Of a stretch of DNA of 64,000 nucleotides, positions 12,808 to 25,700 are shown piece by piece. Source of the DNA: Callorhinchus milii (taxonomy: Eukaryota); the NCBI RefSeq assembly GCF_018977255.1, contig NW_024704756.1:9734001-9798000 (forward strand). The letters run 5' to 3'. The notes beneath the pieces are model-generated. The model made no database searches. It was given only the letters and a program-made list of their open reading frames with translations, and was not told the DNA's origin. Every line of letters starts with the position of its first letter. Within the stretch, counting starts at the first letter, position 1. Made by a program: the position numbers and the translations under genes.

Positions 12808-15519
12808 ATACACGTTTCACATTAATTTCTGTCAATAAACTCTACAAACCATTGTTTGATTTATTTTTTTCAAATAACTGTCTGAAGAACAGTATCTGAA
12901 TTGAGCTGCTACAGTAAAGCTGTGCCACTTTTGAATAGTACGTAATGACAACGGATTTAGTTTTTAATATTGTTGTTTTTCCACTGGTGTATTATTACAC
13001 AGAATAAAGTTTCCCTGAAATTATTTGAAGAGATGAATATGCTGGGCACCACACTAGACAGGCACAAGTAGGTTCATATCTCTGGCTTCATATTTGTGAC
13101 TCCAGCAGGTTTGCTTACTTTGCATGAACTAAATGAGGTGATATCTTTGTCTGACAATGATTTTATAAAAGAATGCGTTGTCCTTTTTTGCCATCGTCTC
13201 TATTGAATAGCCGCCTGCTAACACGTTTTGTTTCTTTGGAGACCAGCAATGGAAAAAAACACATCATCTGCAATGCAGTGGTATCATTGGAATCAGTGGT
13301 AATGGGCCATGGGAAAAGGAAGAAAGTGAAACGGCTGTGTAAAAAAAAATGAATTGCTAAAGTGTATAAAATGTACTGCAGCAGATCTCACATCTGCTGC
13401 ACAAAAAGGCCAATCATTGGAGAACTGTAACCAGAATATTTCGTCTGCCGAAAAACTCCTCAAAAGGGGGACGGGGTGGAAGAATGACACACAGCATATA
13501 ACAAACTAGATGTAATATTACAAACATGTCTCTTATTGTAAATAGTACAATTCAGAATTGATGTACAATGTCTGCAGCTAAGTTTCCTGGAGGCTGGCTT
13601 CAGTGCTCACAGATCCTTTCAAAATAGACTAAGCTGATTTTTTTTAAAAAATCTATTCAGTTGCTCTTCCTTTGTTACACAGTTTTCATTATATATGCTT
13701 AAGGGTAACTACTAACTATATGGCTTGAAAAGGATTTTCCCCGATTAAGACTGTTTATGTTCATTTGATCCGTATTTAACTAAAATAGGATTAGTCTCTC
13801 TTCTCCAGCGGCAAACATGGAAATGCACTAAAACAATCAACCTTTCAATATTCTCAATGGGGCATGGACCACAAAGAAATATCAGGGCACAAATATTACA
13901 TTTCCAGCGAATGTAATTACTATCAGATTCAATTGCAGGCTTTAAGCTTGAACATTTCCGTACAAGAACAACAAACTGCAGGATTGCTGAGATGAACATT
14001 TCTCGTTTTACAATATCCATTTCCACTTAAGTCTTCTACAGAATCCGAGTACTCATAACACTACTGGTTTGTAGTATTCTGTTAAAATCTTATCTTTTGC
14101 CACTTGTTAGGCAAGCCTAAATCAGATATGTGCAAACATTGGTTTTGAATTAAATTAGGGAGAGATTGAAAAGGAGAGGAATAATTTGGTAGTACACCAC
14201 CTTTGTCCTTGTACACCATTCATGCAATGGCTTTGCAGAGGCTGAAGGGAATGGCCTAACTGGAGTGGGAGCATTCTCTAAAAGGTGAGAAAATGCATTT
14301 TTGTAACCCCCCACCCCCAAAAAAAAGCAATAATGGGGTAACTGGGTGCATTTGGCGACATTCCAGTTTTATCTTAACTATCATTGCTGAGAATCCGCAT
14401 CAAGCACATTTTCTGAGTAACACCTTCAGAAAATAGTGGAGACAACATGACCTTGCTCAGTCCCAGTCTGATCTTATTCATTTTCAGCATCTCATCGCAA
14501 GTATAAATGTAGATTACAGCTGATAAATATTACAGCAGTTATTGGATTCCCACCCCCCCCTCAATATGCCCTCACAACTTCAAAGGATTTCAACTTTTTT
14601 TCCCCCCCTAGGTTCACAGACTCTCTTCATCATCAATTCTCTCTGGGCTTTAAACCCTCCAGTTCTTCCTCACAATGGATCTTCTAGATCGCCTGATTTA
14701 CTTCTAACACACAATCACCTGTTTCACATCTTAATTTATACATTTTTATATATACATTCTGCTTGTGTATATATGTTTATCCTAGTTATCTGCTTTAACT
14801 GCTTCAGGTTTAATACTACTGCACATTGTTACCATCGCAGCCTATTGTGTAAGGCGGAACTTTAAAATCTTCTCAAACATTCTCCAAGTGTCTCTTATGT
14901 TGCAAAAAAAATTAATTCACCTTATTTCTGCAGAATTTGTAGCAAGCCAGCATCTCCATCATACCTTGTCCATCCTGAATTCATTCCCCTTCTCACATCG
15001 GCTTAATTAGACCTGGCACCCCATCGGCAAGCTGTTTCTCCTCCAGACAGCATTTTCTTCATCATCCTTCTCTTTGCATCTATTTGTTTACTACTGACAC
15101 CATGCTGTGCGGCACCTCGCAAATAACATGAACCATACTTTCTACTCCAATCTTGAAAAGATTCAACTTTATTCACAGCTTTATCTCCTCTCTCTATCCT
15201 CAAACTTCCCCGGCTTTTAACCCTCAAGGTGTTTTACCATTGGTCCTCAATCACCTCATTTACCTCTAACAACAATCACCTGTTTTGAATTTATACAACA
15301 GCATCCAATTCATCAAGGTTCTCAATTCTATAAACACCAACCATTCAACTAAGGCAGATTATTAGTCTCTCTATTAATACCAAACTTCTTCAGCAAGTAT
15401 TCAAAACTGTGAAGTAAATTAACACTTTAACAAACAAGTGAAATGTTTCCTTAAGGAAATCTTAAATCATAAACTCAGCTTTGAATTTTCATTTTTTTAT
15501 TTATTTGTAAATGTAGTGC

Positions 15520-15855
15520 TTGAAGTGTGCTCAATTGTCAAGACGCCATCCTTCGGATGAGACATTAAACTGAGGTCCTGTCTGCCTATTTCCAACAGTG
15601 CCATGAACATTAAAGATTCCGTGGCACTGAGAGAGAAGGGAGTTTCTCCTGGTGTCCTGGCAAAACATCCTGCAAATAAAATTGGTCAGTAACTTCATGC
15701 CTGTTTGTGGGACATTGCTGTGTCAACTGGCTGCTGCATTTCGCCCACAAAATACACAGTCACTCCATTCCACAGTAAATCCTGTGAAGTGCTTTGAGAC
15801 ATCTTTCCAATTTGATAAAACGTTATATCAAATGCAAGGATTATTTATATATTAT
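15520..15855 (+). mobile_element. Deu-domain SINE, 5'-truncated
   Basis: GCCATCCTTCGGATGAGACATTAAACTGAGGTCCTGTCTGCC...GGTGTCCTGGC...CTGTTTGTGGGAC...tail. Confidence 0.8.
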
Positions 15856-17272
15856 TTAAATTCAGACAGATTTTTAACCAAATCTTCCATTATAATTTTG
15901 TGAATGATTTGCCAATGGTCAAACTTGTTTAAGGGAGAAGCCATGTTAGTAGCTTAGGATGAAACAGAATATGAAAATGGAAAATTAGGAGGATTGCAAA
16001 TTGTGTATTTCTCACTTTCTGTCATTCATTCACTCACTCACTCCCTCATACACAGAATAGCACAACTGCTGTAATCAGGGTACACAAGAACTCCCTCTCT
16101 GACATTAGGTTAGNAAAAAATATATTTGTAACAAATCCTTCCAAGTACAGTACCTGGAATCACAAATAAAGCCTTCTCATCTTGCTGATTTGTATGCTGG
16201 ATTCACTGGAGGATTGCACTGCAGCAGTTATATCCTTTATCTATTAGTTCACAATAAAATGCGGTGCTCCCCTAATGCAGTATAAGAAAGGCTAATTTGC
16301 CAGACCAAACTGAATTAAGCCAGGTGCAGGCAATTCCATGAAAAAGCCGCAAGGCATGTTTCAGTCTCAGTAATTAGATCTGCAATTTAAAGGTGCCCTT
16401 AATGAACGATTTGAAAGTATAATCCACCTTAAATATGTAGAACTCATAAAAATTGTATGTAGCCTTCACTCCTAATGTACAATTATCCAGTCAGCTGGAG
16501 CACAGCACGATGGGAGGTTTTCGATCTGACATCTGTCACTCGCAAGAATGCTCATTTGATTGACAGTTTCTTTGTTTACAGTTGGCCAAGATGGATAGAT
16601 CTGAATGCAGAAAGGGGGCACATTATTCTGAATCAGAATATTGTATTTTTACCAGTGTGCATGGGAACTTGATGAAACTAATCGTGGTCAACTGTACAAT
16701 TTAACATTTTGACACATGTATCCACATGTGCAGGATCTGTTGTATCGTCAGAATTGTCAATGAGAGAAGACAGTACTGGGAAAAAATACTTAGATACCAA
16801 TAACTTTTTCTATGTATTCTGCAGAATTTATTTTGATACGAATAGCTGGATAAACAATTTACATTTATATAGTGGCTTTCACGTTGGGAAGATATCTCAA
16901 AGCATTTAAATTCACTGGGAGCCAAGCTTTGGGGGAGCGAGGTGGGGGAAGCATAATTGGAGGATAAACTCTTCTATGTTTGTGCACAGAATGTGGATGT
17001 TTGTTTTTGGAATGCTCACTCTGCCTACAGTTTACCTTAATCCATGATAATAATTTCAAAAGACAGCTGAGCAATACACCTAAACAAAACATAGAAATAT
17101 CTTCCTCCCTTGCTGTAAAGTGGGTGTATGTAGGAGGCCGGATCAGATTGACTCAGATGCTTCCAAATAGCCTGGAGTCACAGGTTACTGGAGAAAGATA
17201 TTGGGTGTCGTGTCTTCAGTGCTTATGGGATTGAACTTCAGTATGAATCAGCACCCTCAGGAAAAGAAAGAG

Positions 17273-17595
17273 TAATAATAATAATAATCCTTGCATTTGA
17301 TATAGCGCTTTTCACGTCGGGAGGACGTCCCAAAGCGCTTCAAAGAACACACTGTGAAGTGAATTGACTGTATATTTGTGGGCGAACGCGGCAGCCAATT
17401 GCGCACAGCAGTGTCCCACAAACAGTCGTAGATTGAAAATGACCAAGTTAATTATATTGTTTTTGGTTTTTGGAGGGATTATTATTAGGCGTGTGGAGTA
17501 AGGAAACTTGCCCAAGGTTTCGCTCTGCCTGGAATTGAACTCAGGTCTCTCACTTGCAAAGCGAGTGCTCTAACCACTGAGCTACAGGACTCCAC
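17273..17595 (-). mobile_element. Young full-length tRNA(Ala)-derived SINE with L2-type tail (SINE2-1_CM-like)
   Basis: A box TAGCTCAGTGG, anticodon arm CTCGC-TT-TGC-AA-GTGAG, B box GAGTTCAATTCC, tail ...GCGCTATATCAAATGCAAGG(ATT)n. Near-identical to the copies at 32823 and 62851. Confidence 0.92.
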
Positions 17596-18857
17596 AAAAT
17601 AATCGGTAAAGGGAGACATTGAAAAAAAAGAGTATAAAATTGGTCTAGTAAGAATAACATTATGGCAGTATGTTTCCTGTTGTCATAGCAAAGTTACAAA
17701 AATAAATGGTTTGCACAAGAGTTAAAGCAGTCATTGACATAATGTCATTTAGTTTGCTGAAACCTTTGCCATCAACTGAAGCACCCTGCAGGACATCCGA
17801 AAAAAATATGAATGGTTATATCAGCGAATAGAAATAAAAGGAAAAACCAAGAAAACAAAAGATCAATAGTGAAGATTCATGACCATAATTGGGAGGATGA
17901 TGTGTAGGATGCAAAAGTGCTTACAAGCCAATTTGGTGGTTTAGTGTACCGATTATGCAGTAGCACAGACATTGATTTAGCATTAAGCAGTACTTTCTCT
18001 ATCTCACTCCTTCACACAAATACACAGAAAATACAAACTTCAGTTAATTGCAATAACTACTAACCATCAAAATGTCATCATAATTTCAGCTAAGTACAAG
18101 CAACCAATTATAATATTAACATATATAAAATTGGATATGTTTTAGTAGCTTACTGTTAAATGACCACACCATGTCAAAACAGCAATATATTTCTAATTAC
18201 GACACTTATGCTTTTAGAAGTAGTTACCATTTAAATTGTGTTTCATTGCAATGGGATCCCTTTAACCAAAGCACTGCAGGGGAAAAAAGAATCAACTGGG
18301 AAATGGGTAATTTTGAGAGTATTGATTAAAGGGGGATAAACTGATTTCTTTGTTAATTCTGATCACAATCAGTTTGTAATACGATTGCATTTCTGTGGGT
18401 GCTGTAATATCATGCCTTTATCCTGTTTTTTACCCTTTTCATTTCAAGCAAGGGTTGAAAAATATCATGTTACATAATGGATTTGTTACAATAATTGAAT
18501 CAGTTATGAAATGTTGAATTTGTCACTGCCAGGTTTCAAAGCAGGTAGTTTTGGTGGTGAGCTCCTCTTCACTGCAGTGGAGCGATGATTTTGCATATCT
18601 CCTCGGCAGTAGACCTTTACTTTAAAAAGGCTATCTGTGCACCTAGATATTGGGTTCTGTCCAATAATACTGTTCCTTAGCATCGACATTTGCACAGATA
18701 ATTACAGAGCCAAATCAGAACCGTTCACTATTATAGAATTCAGGATTAAGCAATAATGCGAAAATTTTTGAATTAGCTATATTCAATAGCTACAATTTAA
18801 TATTGTATTGTTGTAAAAAGATTTTCCTGAAGAAGCTATTGCTGCTCAACAAAAAAT

Positions 18858-19160
18858 AACAACTTTCATTTACTTAGCGCTGTTCACATGGCGGAGCATC
18901 TTGGAGAGTGGAGAGATCATAGAAGTGGAAGAGGAAGGACTTCAGGTGTGATTTGAAGACGGAAAAGGAGGGGAGAAAGTAGATTGAGCAGAGAGTTCTA
19001 CAGTTTTGGGGTGAAGTGGCTGAAAGCATGGCTGCCAATGATGGAACAGGTCGGAGAGTGTCAGGGCATGAAGTGATTTGTATGAGAACGTGAGGATCTT
19101 GAAAATCGATCTATTCTGCAATTACCAGTGAAGCTTGGCAAGGACTGGGATGATGTTTGT
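18858..19160 (-). mobile_element. Old L2 3' fragment
   Basis: AACAACTTTCATTTACTTAGCGC tail plus purine-rich ORF2-end remnants (CCAGTGAAG = LHW in reverse). Confidence 0.6.
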
Positions 19161-20247
19161 GGAGTTTAGCACTCACAAGGTTATTATATTACACCTATAA
19201 TTTTATTCTTAGATATCAGAGGTTTTAATATGTTGCGTATTGTAGACACTTTAAATGAAGAATTACATTTTTTGATTTGATACCTACTCTTTATTACAAT
19301 TATACACATGAAATATTACCCAACAAAGCACACCAATATACAACTGCAGTACAACCTCACGCTTGGGAATGTCTCCTATATTCTACACATAGAAATTTAA
19401 TTTCAAAGCCAAATTCCTTATTCATTTTAGAATATTTCAGCATTTCCCATTGCACTGAGGAAATAAAAGTATCTCAGTGACTGATCTCCATGCTTGAAAG
19501 TAGTGAGGGGAAATCTGACACTTGGCTGTGCCTTTCGTGCTATCAACTAATTCACTGGAGATGCCATTTGCCCCGAAAACAATTGATTGACATTCGCTTA
19601 GAAAAATAATCATTTCGCTATCAGCCACTTTATAGATTCAAGTGCCAAGTCATGTCAGTAAAGGTCAACTTTGATTGCTTTAGTCTCCCTAATAAATTGA
19701 AGTAAAATCATTCGTAAAAGACTTGAATACTTCAAGGTGATAAGACAATGACGCAGGTAAATGTTATGATGCACAGCCGTATTTATTTTTTCCTCAAACG
19801 TGAAATATTTGACATATTTGACATATTTTGCAAAACTTGGCTCTACATCCTCCCCAGATACACCTTGTAACTTGGCCCATTTTAAAATAATTATTTAGTT
19901 AACAGCAAAAAAATTCAGAAAACTGAAATCTATTACCTTTGCTAATAAATATTTATTTTTGCTTTCACATTACAATAGTAATTAGTATCACACTTTCAAC
20001 TGCTAAGTCGCTGGGGATGTTGACAAAAAGTACTTTTCCTGGCTTTTTGTCAACTTTCCTAATCATTTTTTCACTTTGAAAATACTTTAATTGAAATATG
20101 AGAGTAAACCAATTGAATTACCCTCAGGAAATGTAATTTAACTGCAGAATAAATAGAAACTTACAGATAACAGATTAAAAATATTGACTTCATTAGTTAG
20201 CTCTTCTCTCACTTGGAGCAGCACCCACCGCAAAACCCACTATATGT

Positions 20248-20630
20248 AAGAACATAAGAAATAGGAGCAGGAGTAGGCCATTTGGCCCCTCGAGCCTGCC
20301 CCGCCATTATTAAAATAAGATCATGGCTGATCTTCTAACCTAATTCCATTTACCCGCCCTATCCCCATATCCCTTAATCCCTTTAGTTTTTAAAAATCGA
20401 TCGATCTCACGATTTCCCTTTCATAAACCTGTGCTGACTGCCTAATCATATTATGACTTTCTAAGTGTCCCACAATGACATCCCTGATTATAGACTCAAG
20501 AATTTTTCCTACCATCAATGTCAGGCTAATTGGTCTCTAGTTCCCTATTTTTTGTCTCCCACCCTTCTTAAATAGCCGTGTTACGTTTGCGATCTTCCAA
20601 TCAACGGGAACCATTCCAGAATCCAAACAA
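20248..20630 (-). mobile_element. CR1-clade LINE, internally deleted
   Basis: 3' end AAGAACATAAGAAATAGGAGCAGGAGTAGGCC on +. The minus strand encodes RPISLTLMVGKILESIIRD...RFMKGKS joined directly to the terminal EIDRFLKTKGIKGYGDRAGKWN*. Confidence 0.85.
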
Positions 20631-20694
20631 TGCAAAACTTATGTTTAAAGAGGCACTGTCTTCATGAAACAATCTTTGGCAACTCTTCTATTAT

Positions 20695-20840
20695 TTGCCA
20701 CGCTCTCATCCCCTCCCCGCCCCACCCGCCTCTTGATTCCAACCCCAGCTCAGGTGCAAACCCTTAACTGTCCAGCATCTTGGGACATCCTTCTGGAGTG
20801 GAAGGCACTTTGTATAAATGTAATTTTGCTGCTCTTGTTG
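20695..20840 (+). mobile_element. L2 3' UTR/tail fragment
   Basis: CTCAGGTGCAAACCCTTAACTGTCCAGC...TATAAATGTAA; same subfamily as the 58315 copy. Confidence 0.7.
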
Positions 20841-22601
20841 GCAGAAGGCGAAAATCAGATGAGTTCAGTGCCATTTCCAGCACAATAATGTTGTACACAT
20901 GTAAAGTACTGATATATGTTAATGTAATCATATCACATGTAATCGCATTTCAAATAAAAAAAACTTGCCAAAAACATTTTCTTGGAATTGTGCATGGTTT
21001 TCTTACATCTGTGTACATTATACAGATGTGCAGAATGAGCTGCCTTTCTTCACTTTCACTCTCTGCACTGAGCAGCACTAGTTTGTGTTTTTTTAAATCA
21101 ATGCATTCATGCCTTGAGGTGAATACACATGTAGAACACTGATGGAATGTCACTATTTGCAGTCACAACTTGCAGCAAATCTCCCAATACCCACACACTG
21201 CTCACATTTTGCTGAAGAATTTAAGATCCTCATTTTTTTAATGTTATGAATTCCTAAATAATAAAATTCCACTTAGATTTTTATTTATGAAAATGAGCTG
21301 ACCAATATCCTGAGGCTACAAACCCAATCCTTTCACACACTGGTATCCAGCATGAAGGACTGGCTTAAGCCTGAAGCAAATTTTTGGAGCTTACACTGAA
21401 TTACTGTTCAGGCTTCAAGCCAACTTGAAGTTCCCTCCATGTACAACTTTGTACCTATTCTTAACTGTTCACTAAAATTTATGGTTTCTTCAATCAGAAT
21501 ATTGAATCTAAACAGCGTTAGTGGATGGAACAAATATCATTTAGCTTTATCTTGCCAATTATTTTTTACTCGAAGAGCACTCAGTAAGGATCGAAAGCTT
21601 TCTCAATTCAAGCAGTAAATGTGAACATCAAGCCTTCCTAAATCCAATATGCCACAGGCCTATAATAAAATCTTGCTCCTTTCAATCTTCCTCAACCCCT
21701 TTCATATCAGTATTTATTGTATTTCCAGATAAATGTAAACAAGACTGTTTTGTGGAAAGTATCCTCCACAATTTTCAGTATTGACATAGGCTACTTAGCT
21801 TCAAGTTTAAATACTAAATATAAATACTTTCTCATTGTTTTACATACTCTTCTATAGGAACTAATGAATAATGCTACACATCTAACATGTGTCAGCTCCA
21901 TTGAGCTTCATTAGGAGTTTTATTATCGGATTGTTTTAAAGGTAATTGGTAATGTGCCAAAATAAGGTCATATTTAAAAATATCATGGTGAAAAATAATC
22001 TTTCATAAGTTTTACTCATAGACAATAAATTGGAGAGATAATTCAAATTTGTCATTTTAATCTTCGGCAAGAAGAGATTATATGGTAAAGATTTAAATAT
22101 TATTACAGATGGCGTTTGGATTTGGGGCAATTTCACAGTGAAAACAGCCTGGAGTCACAGAAATCCAATTTGTGATTTTTGGTTCTTCGCAAAGGTTATT
22201 TTTGAGGTAAAATGCCAGCTGCAACTGTTTAATACTGTGCTTGACAGTACCACTGACATCATTTGTACAGCAATGCAAGCAGGCAGTGCCCTTTCGTGTC
22301 ACTAAAGGGAGGGTGGCAGAGCTCCATGTATGTAATTTAAAGTGCACTCACAGTGTTTTTTAAACCAGACTCTTCCACTGCTACTAACTGAAAAGAGCTA
22401 AAGAGACGTCCAGCTCTTTGTATTAATTAGTAAAGGAGAGAATAGGGATAATTACTTAACCCAAACAAGTAAAAGGCAGATGTTCTGGCCCTGGCTGTTG
22501 TTGGAAAGAATCATCTTGCAAAGAGTCTGGCTTATGCTGACATTTGAGAGATTGAGCCATCACCAGTAGGGCTACACTGCTCTGTAATTGCAGCGGCAGC
22601 A

Positions 22602-22716
22602 CAAGAACAACAACTTGCATTTATATAGCGGCTTTCACGCGGGGTAGTGTCCTGGTGCGCTTGATAGTGGTGGAGTCTGACCCCGAGCCAGGGGCAGAGG
22701 AAGAGGGGAGGTGACC
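22602..22716 (-). mobile_element. L2-type tail fragment
   Basis: AACAACAACTTGCATTTATATAGCG...; related short tails at 35710-35763 (+), 55403-55463 (+) and 61091-61150 (-). Confidence 0.65.
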
Positions 22717-25700
22717 GTTCACAATAAATACCTTGGTACAAGACCAATGCCAAACGTAGTGTAAAAACAAGGGTTTCTATAGCAATGATAACTGTAACAT
22801 CTGACTGACCCACTGCAGCTATGGATTATTATATCACTGGAACACTTCACTGGGTGGCATGAGAAACGACCATTTCTCAATGGCAATTCTCAGGCAGCCC
22901 AACTCATCCCTGCCAGTCCTCCAGCAATAAACTACCACAGCATATACACCTGCGTGTAGTGCGTGATGCAATGTATTTGTGTATTATAGCAATCCCTGAG
23001 AAAGATTTACTGTTTGCAATTAAAAAACAACTAACAAACTAACTGCTCTGCTACAGCATACTTTCGAAATGTGTCTATCAGTAAACTAGTTTTATGTCAT
23101 TTCAATATCTCATCGACTAGTGTGCCTCTTGCTCCTGCTAAACTTGCTAAAACGTCACATTAAATGATGGAACATTGCTAATAAAGTTGATTTTTCAGAT
23201 TGCATTCGTGGGATTTATGTCCATACCTGTATGTACAATACATTGCAAACCCCAAACTACAACGTCAATTCGCCACAATAATTTCAAGCAGTATCAGGGC
23301 ATATCACCTTGGAGCCAGTTAAGCTCCAATGAAACCTTACTTAGGTCAATGTCCTGATGCCTCCTCAACTTTGTGCTTAGAGATGTTCTAAACATGATCT
23401 CAAACATTTCCGTTGATTGGAAGATACACGCTCTTCTAAATCTAAAGTGTCAAAGTAATCTCATGTTAGAATGTTGCTGAAGTAACTTGAGGCTAAATTG
23501 GATTCTCTGGAGAATGTGGAGAATTTGTCATTCCAAGTACGTATCTCTTTCTGAATATCTATAAAGAGTTTGGTAATTTTATACATAGATTAACCAGAGG
23601 CCTTATTCAGTTAGATGATACTGAAGGGGAAAGTGTTCATTCTCTGAAGGAAAAAGTGTTCGTTATTGGTGGTTTGATACAAGGAAAAACAAGTGAAGTG
23701 CACTTTGGTTTGTCAAAAATTGCAATAGAGGTATATACTTGTGATTCGTTATATTACACTTTTGATAACGTAAAATAATGAAGATAGACTCTGCTCCTCA
23801 ATGCTGGTACACGATTCTGAGCCCATCAGAATTTTATTATGAATAACTTACCATGCCAAATTCAAATTTAGAAATCAATGCAAGGCATTTTAAACAGGGC
23901 TGTAAACAATAGCAGAATAATTACATAAAGAGCTATACAAAGAGCATTCAAAAACTGCAGCCCCTATGAAAATAATTGTTTGGTCACAGCAAACTGCAAA
24001 CATGAAGGAAATGTTCAATCCTGGGATAATTGCTTTCCAGCACAGGAGGGTGCAAGTGGCATGTGTAGTCTCATAAAAGGGTAATCTTTCCGCTCCATTT
24101 GTGTGTGAATGCATCTTGTGTCTGCACAGAGATTAACGTTCCAGTTTTCTTTAATTCTTAACATTTCTAAACAAAAGAACTCCAAGATCAAGCGGCTTCT
24201 TACCTGTTGAAAAGTTTGTGTAAAATTTCAATCTAAATATCTTAAAAATATAATATTCCTTAAATTCTACAAATTTTCAGAGCCATTAAGATTTCATTTA
24301 CGTACTGTGGGTTCACAAAACAAAATTGCTTTTAAAGGCTGGGTTGTTTGCAGTGGATTCCGAATCATTTCAGTCTGGGTAATGGGATTGATCGGACAAC
24401 ACAGAGTGTGACAGGACACAGAGCTTGTCACATCAGGATGGTAGCTTCGTGAGGAGCAACTGAGCAGATTTGCACAGCGAGGTTTAGAACATACTTCATT
24501 AAAATAATGGCATCTAATTGGCTGCCAAGTAGGGAAAGAGCATTCCAAGAGTTTCATTTCAACTGAAAAGTCAACACTATTCATAAAGAGGCCATGCAAT
24601 GACCTAGTTACCAATGCTCCATTATAGAAACACACACCTTGTGCAACAACGGCTTTTAAATGCATTAAATCGTTCAGATATTGTCTCAAAAATCCCCAAA
24701 TCTCGAGGATCAAGGTGGGGGTGGAAGGATGGGAGAGAAAGGCTTGGTGTGAAAGCTAATCAATAACCAATCCTTTATAATGCAGACATGGAATTTAGGT
24801 GAAGCTAACATTTGATTATATTTCTATTGATTGAGCCCTCTTGGATCTCTCGGCAGACTGAATGACAACAGCGATGTTATGAACAATATTGTTTTGCGAT
24901 GTTTCTTGCCTACTCCGACATGAATCTTAGTAAGCACGCACTACATCCATGTTGTGCGAATGCGTGCAGCATCTAAACCGTACAAATAAGGTGGGGTGAG
25001 GGTGAGAGATTAACAGTTGTAAGAATATTGCAGTAGTGCTATATCACAGTGAACGTGCCACACAGTGTTTTCATTTATTTCCTACAGCATTTTTGCCTGC
25101 AAGCGTGTTAGGGTATGATTCCAGTATCTTGCCCCAGTGACCATACTTCATAATTAGCAGACTATTTACCTGTGAAATACATGCATCACAACTGACCCAA
25201 TTCCGCTCTCACCTGGTGTCTACACATTATTGGTATATGTGAGATTTTCAGCAGGGAAAAAGATTAGCATCCAGTGATCGAATTTCCTTATCTTCTTTAG
25301 TTTCCTGCACATATGTTAATCTTGTACCTGTATAATTAAACAGCCTGAAGATTTACTGGAACAAAACACATGGATTCCCATCTCCTTCTGATCATTCAAC
25401 CAAGGCTAGAGCAAACAATAAAATGATGGAGCAAATTAATCAAAGTGAAGCTAAGTTCCCAGGATAATGTTTCATAAACCTATGAATAATGATTCAAGTT
25501 GTTGCTCTGCTCATTTCAGGAATGGGACTAACCTTTGTAACTGGCCAAAATATAGCATCCAAACCTGAAAGGCAACAGCAATAAGAAATACAATTGTTCG
25601 GAACTCCTTTGGAAATATACTCTCGTTACATTTTCAGACAGATCCAACCGCAATGTTTTGGATCATATGTAGTTTAATTTGAATCCATTTTTCTTGGCTA

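Noticed and set aside
16114-16114. Single N bases (also 35314, 44738, 55882)
   Set aside because: Each abuts a homopolymer run; these are sequencing/assembly ambiguities, not biology.
17525-17595. tRNA-Ala(TGC)-like gene
   Set aside because: No proper acceptor stem, and it is fused to a SINE body and tail; it is the SINE head.
24294-24713. 139-aa ORF on the minus strand
   Set aside because: Non-ATG start, no recognisable domain or exon context; more likely chance or a TE relic.
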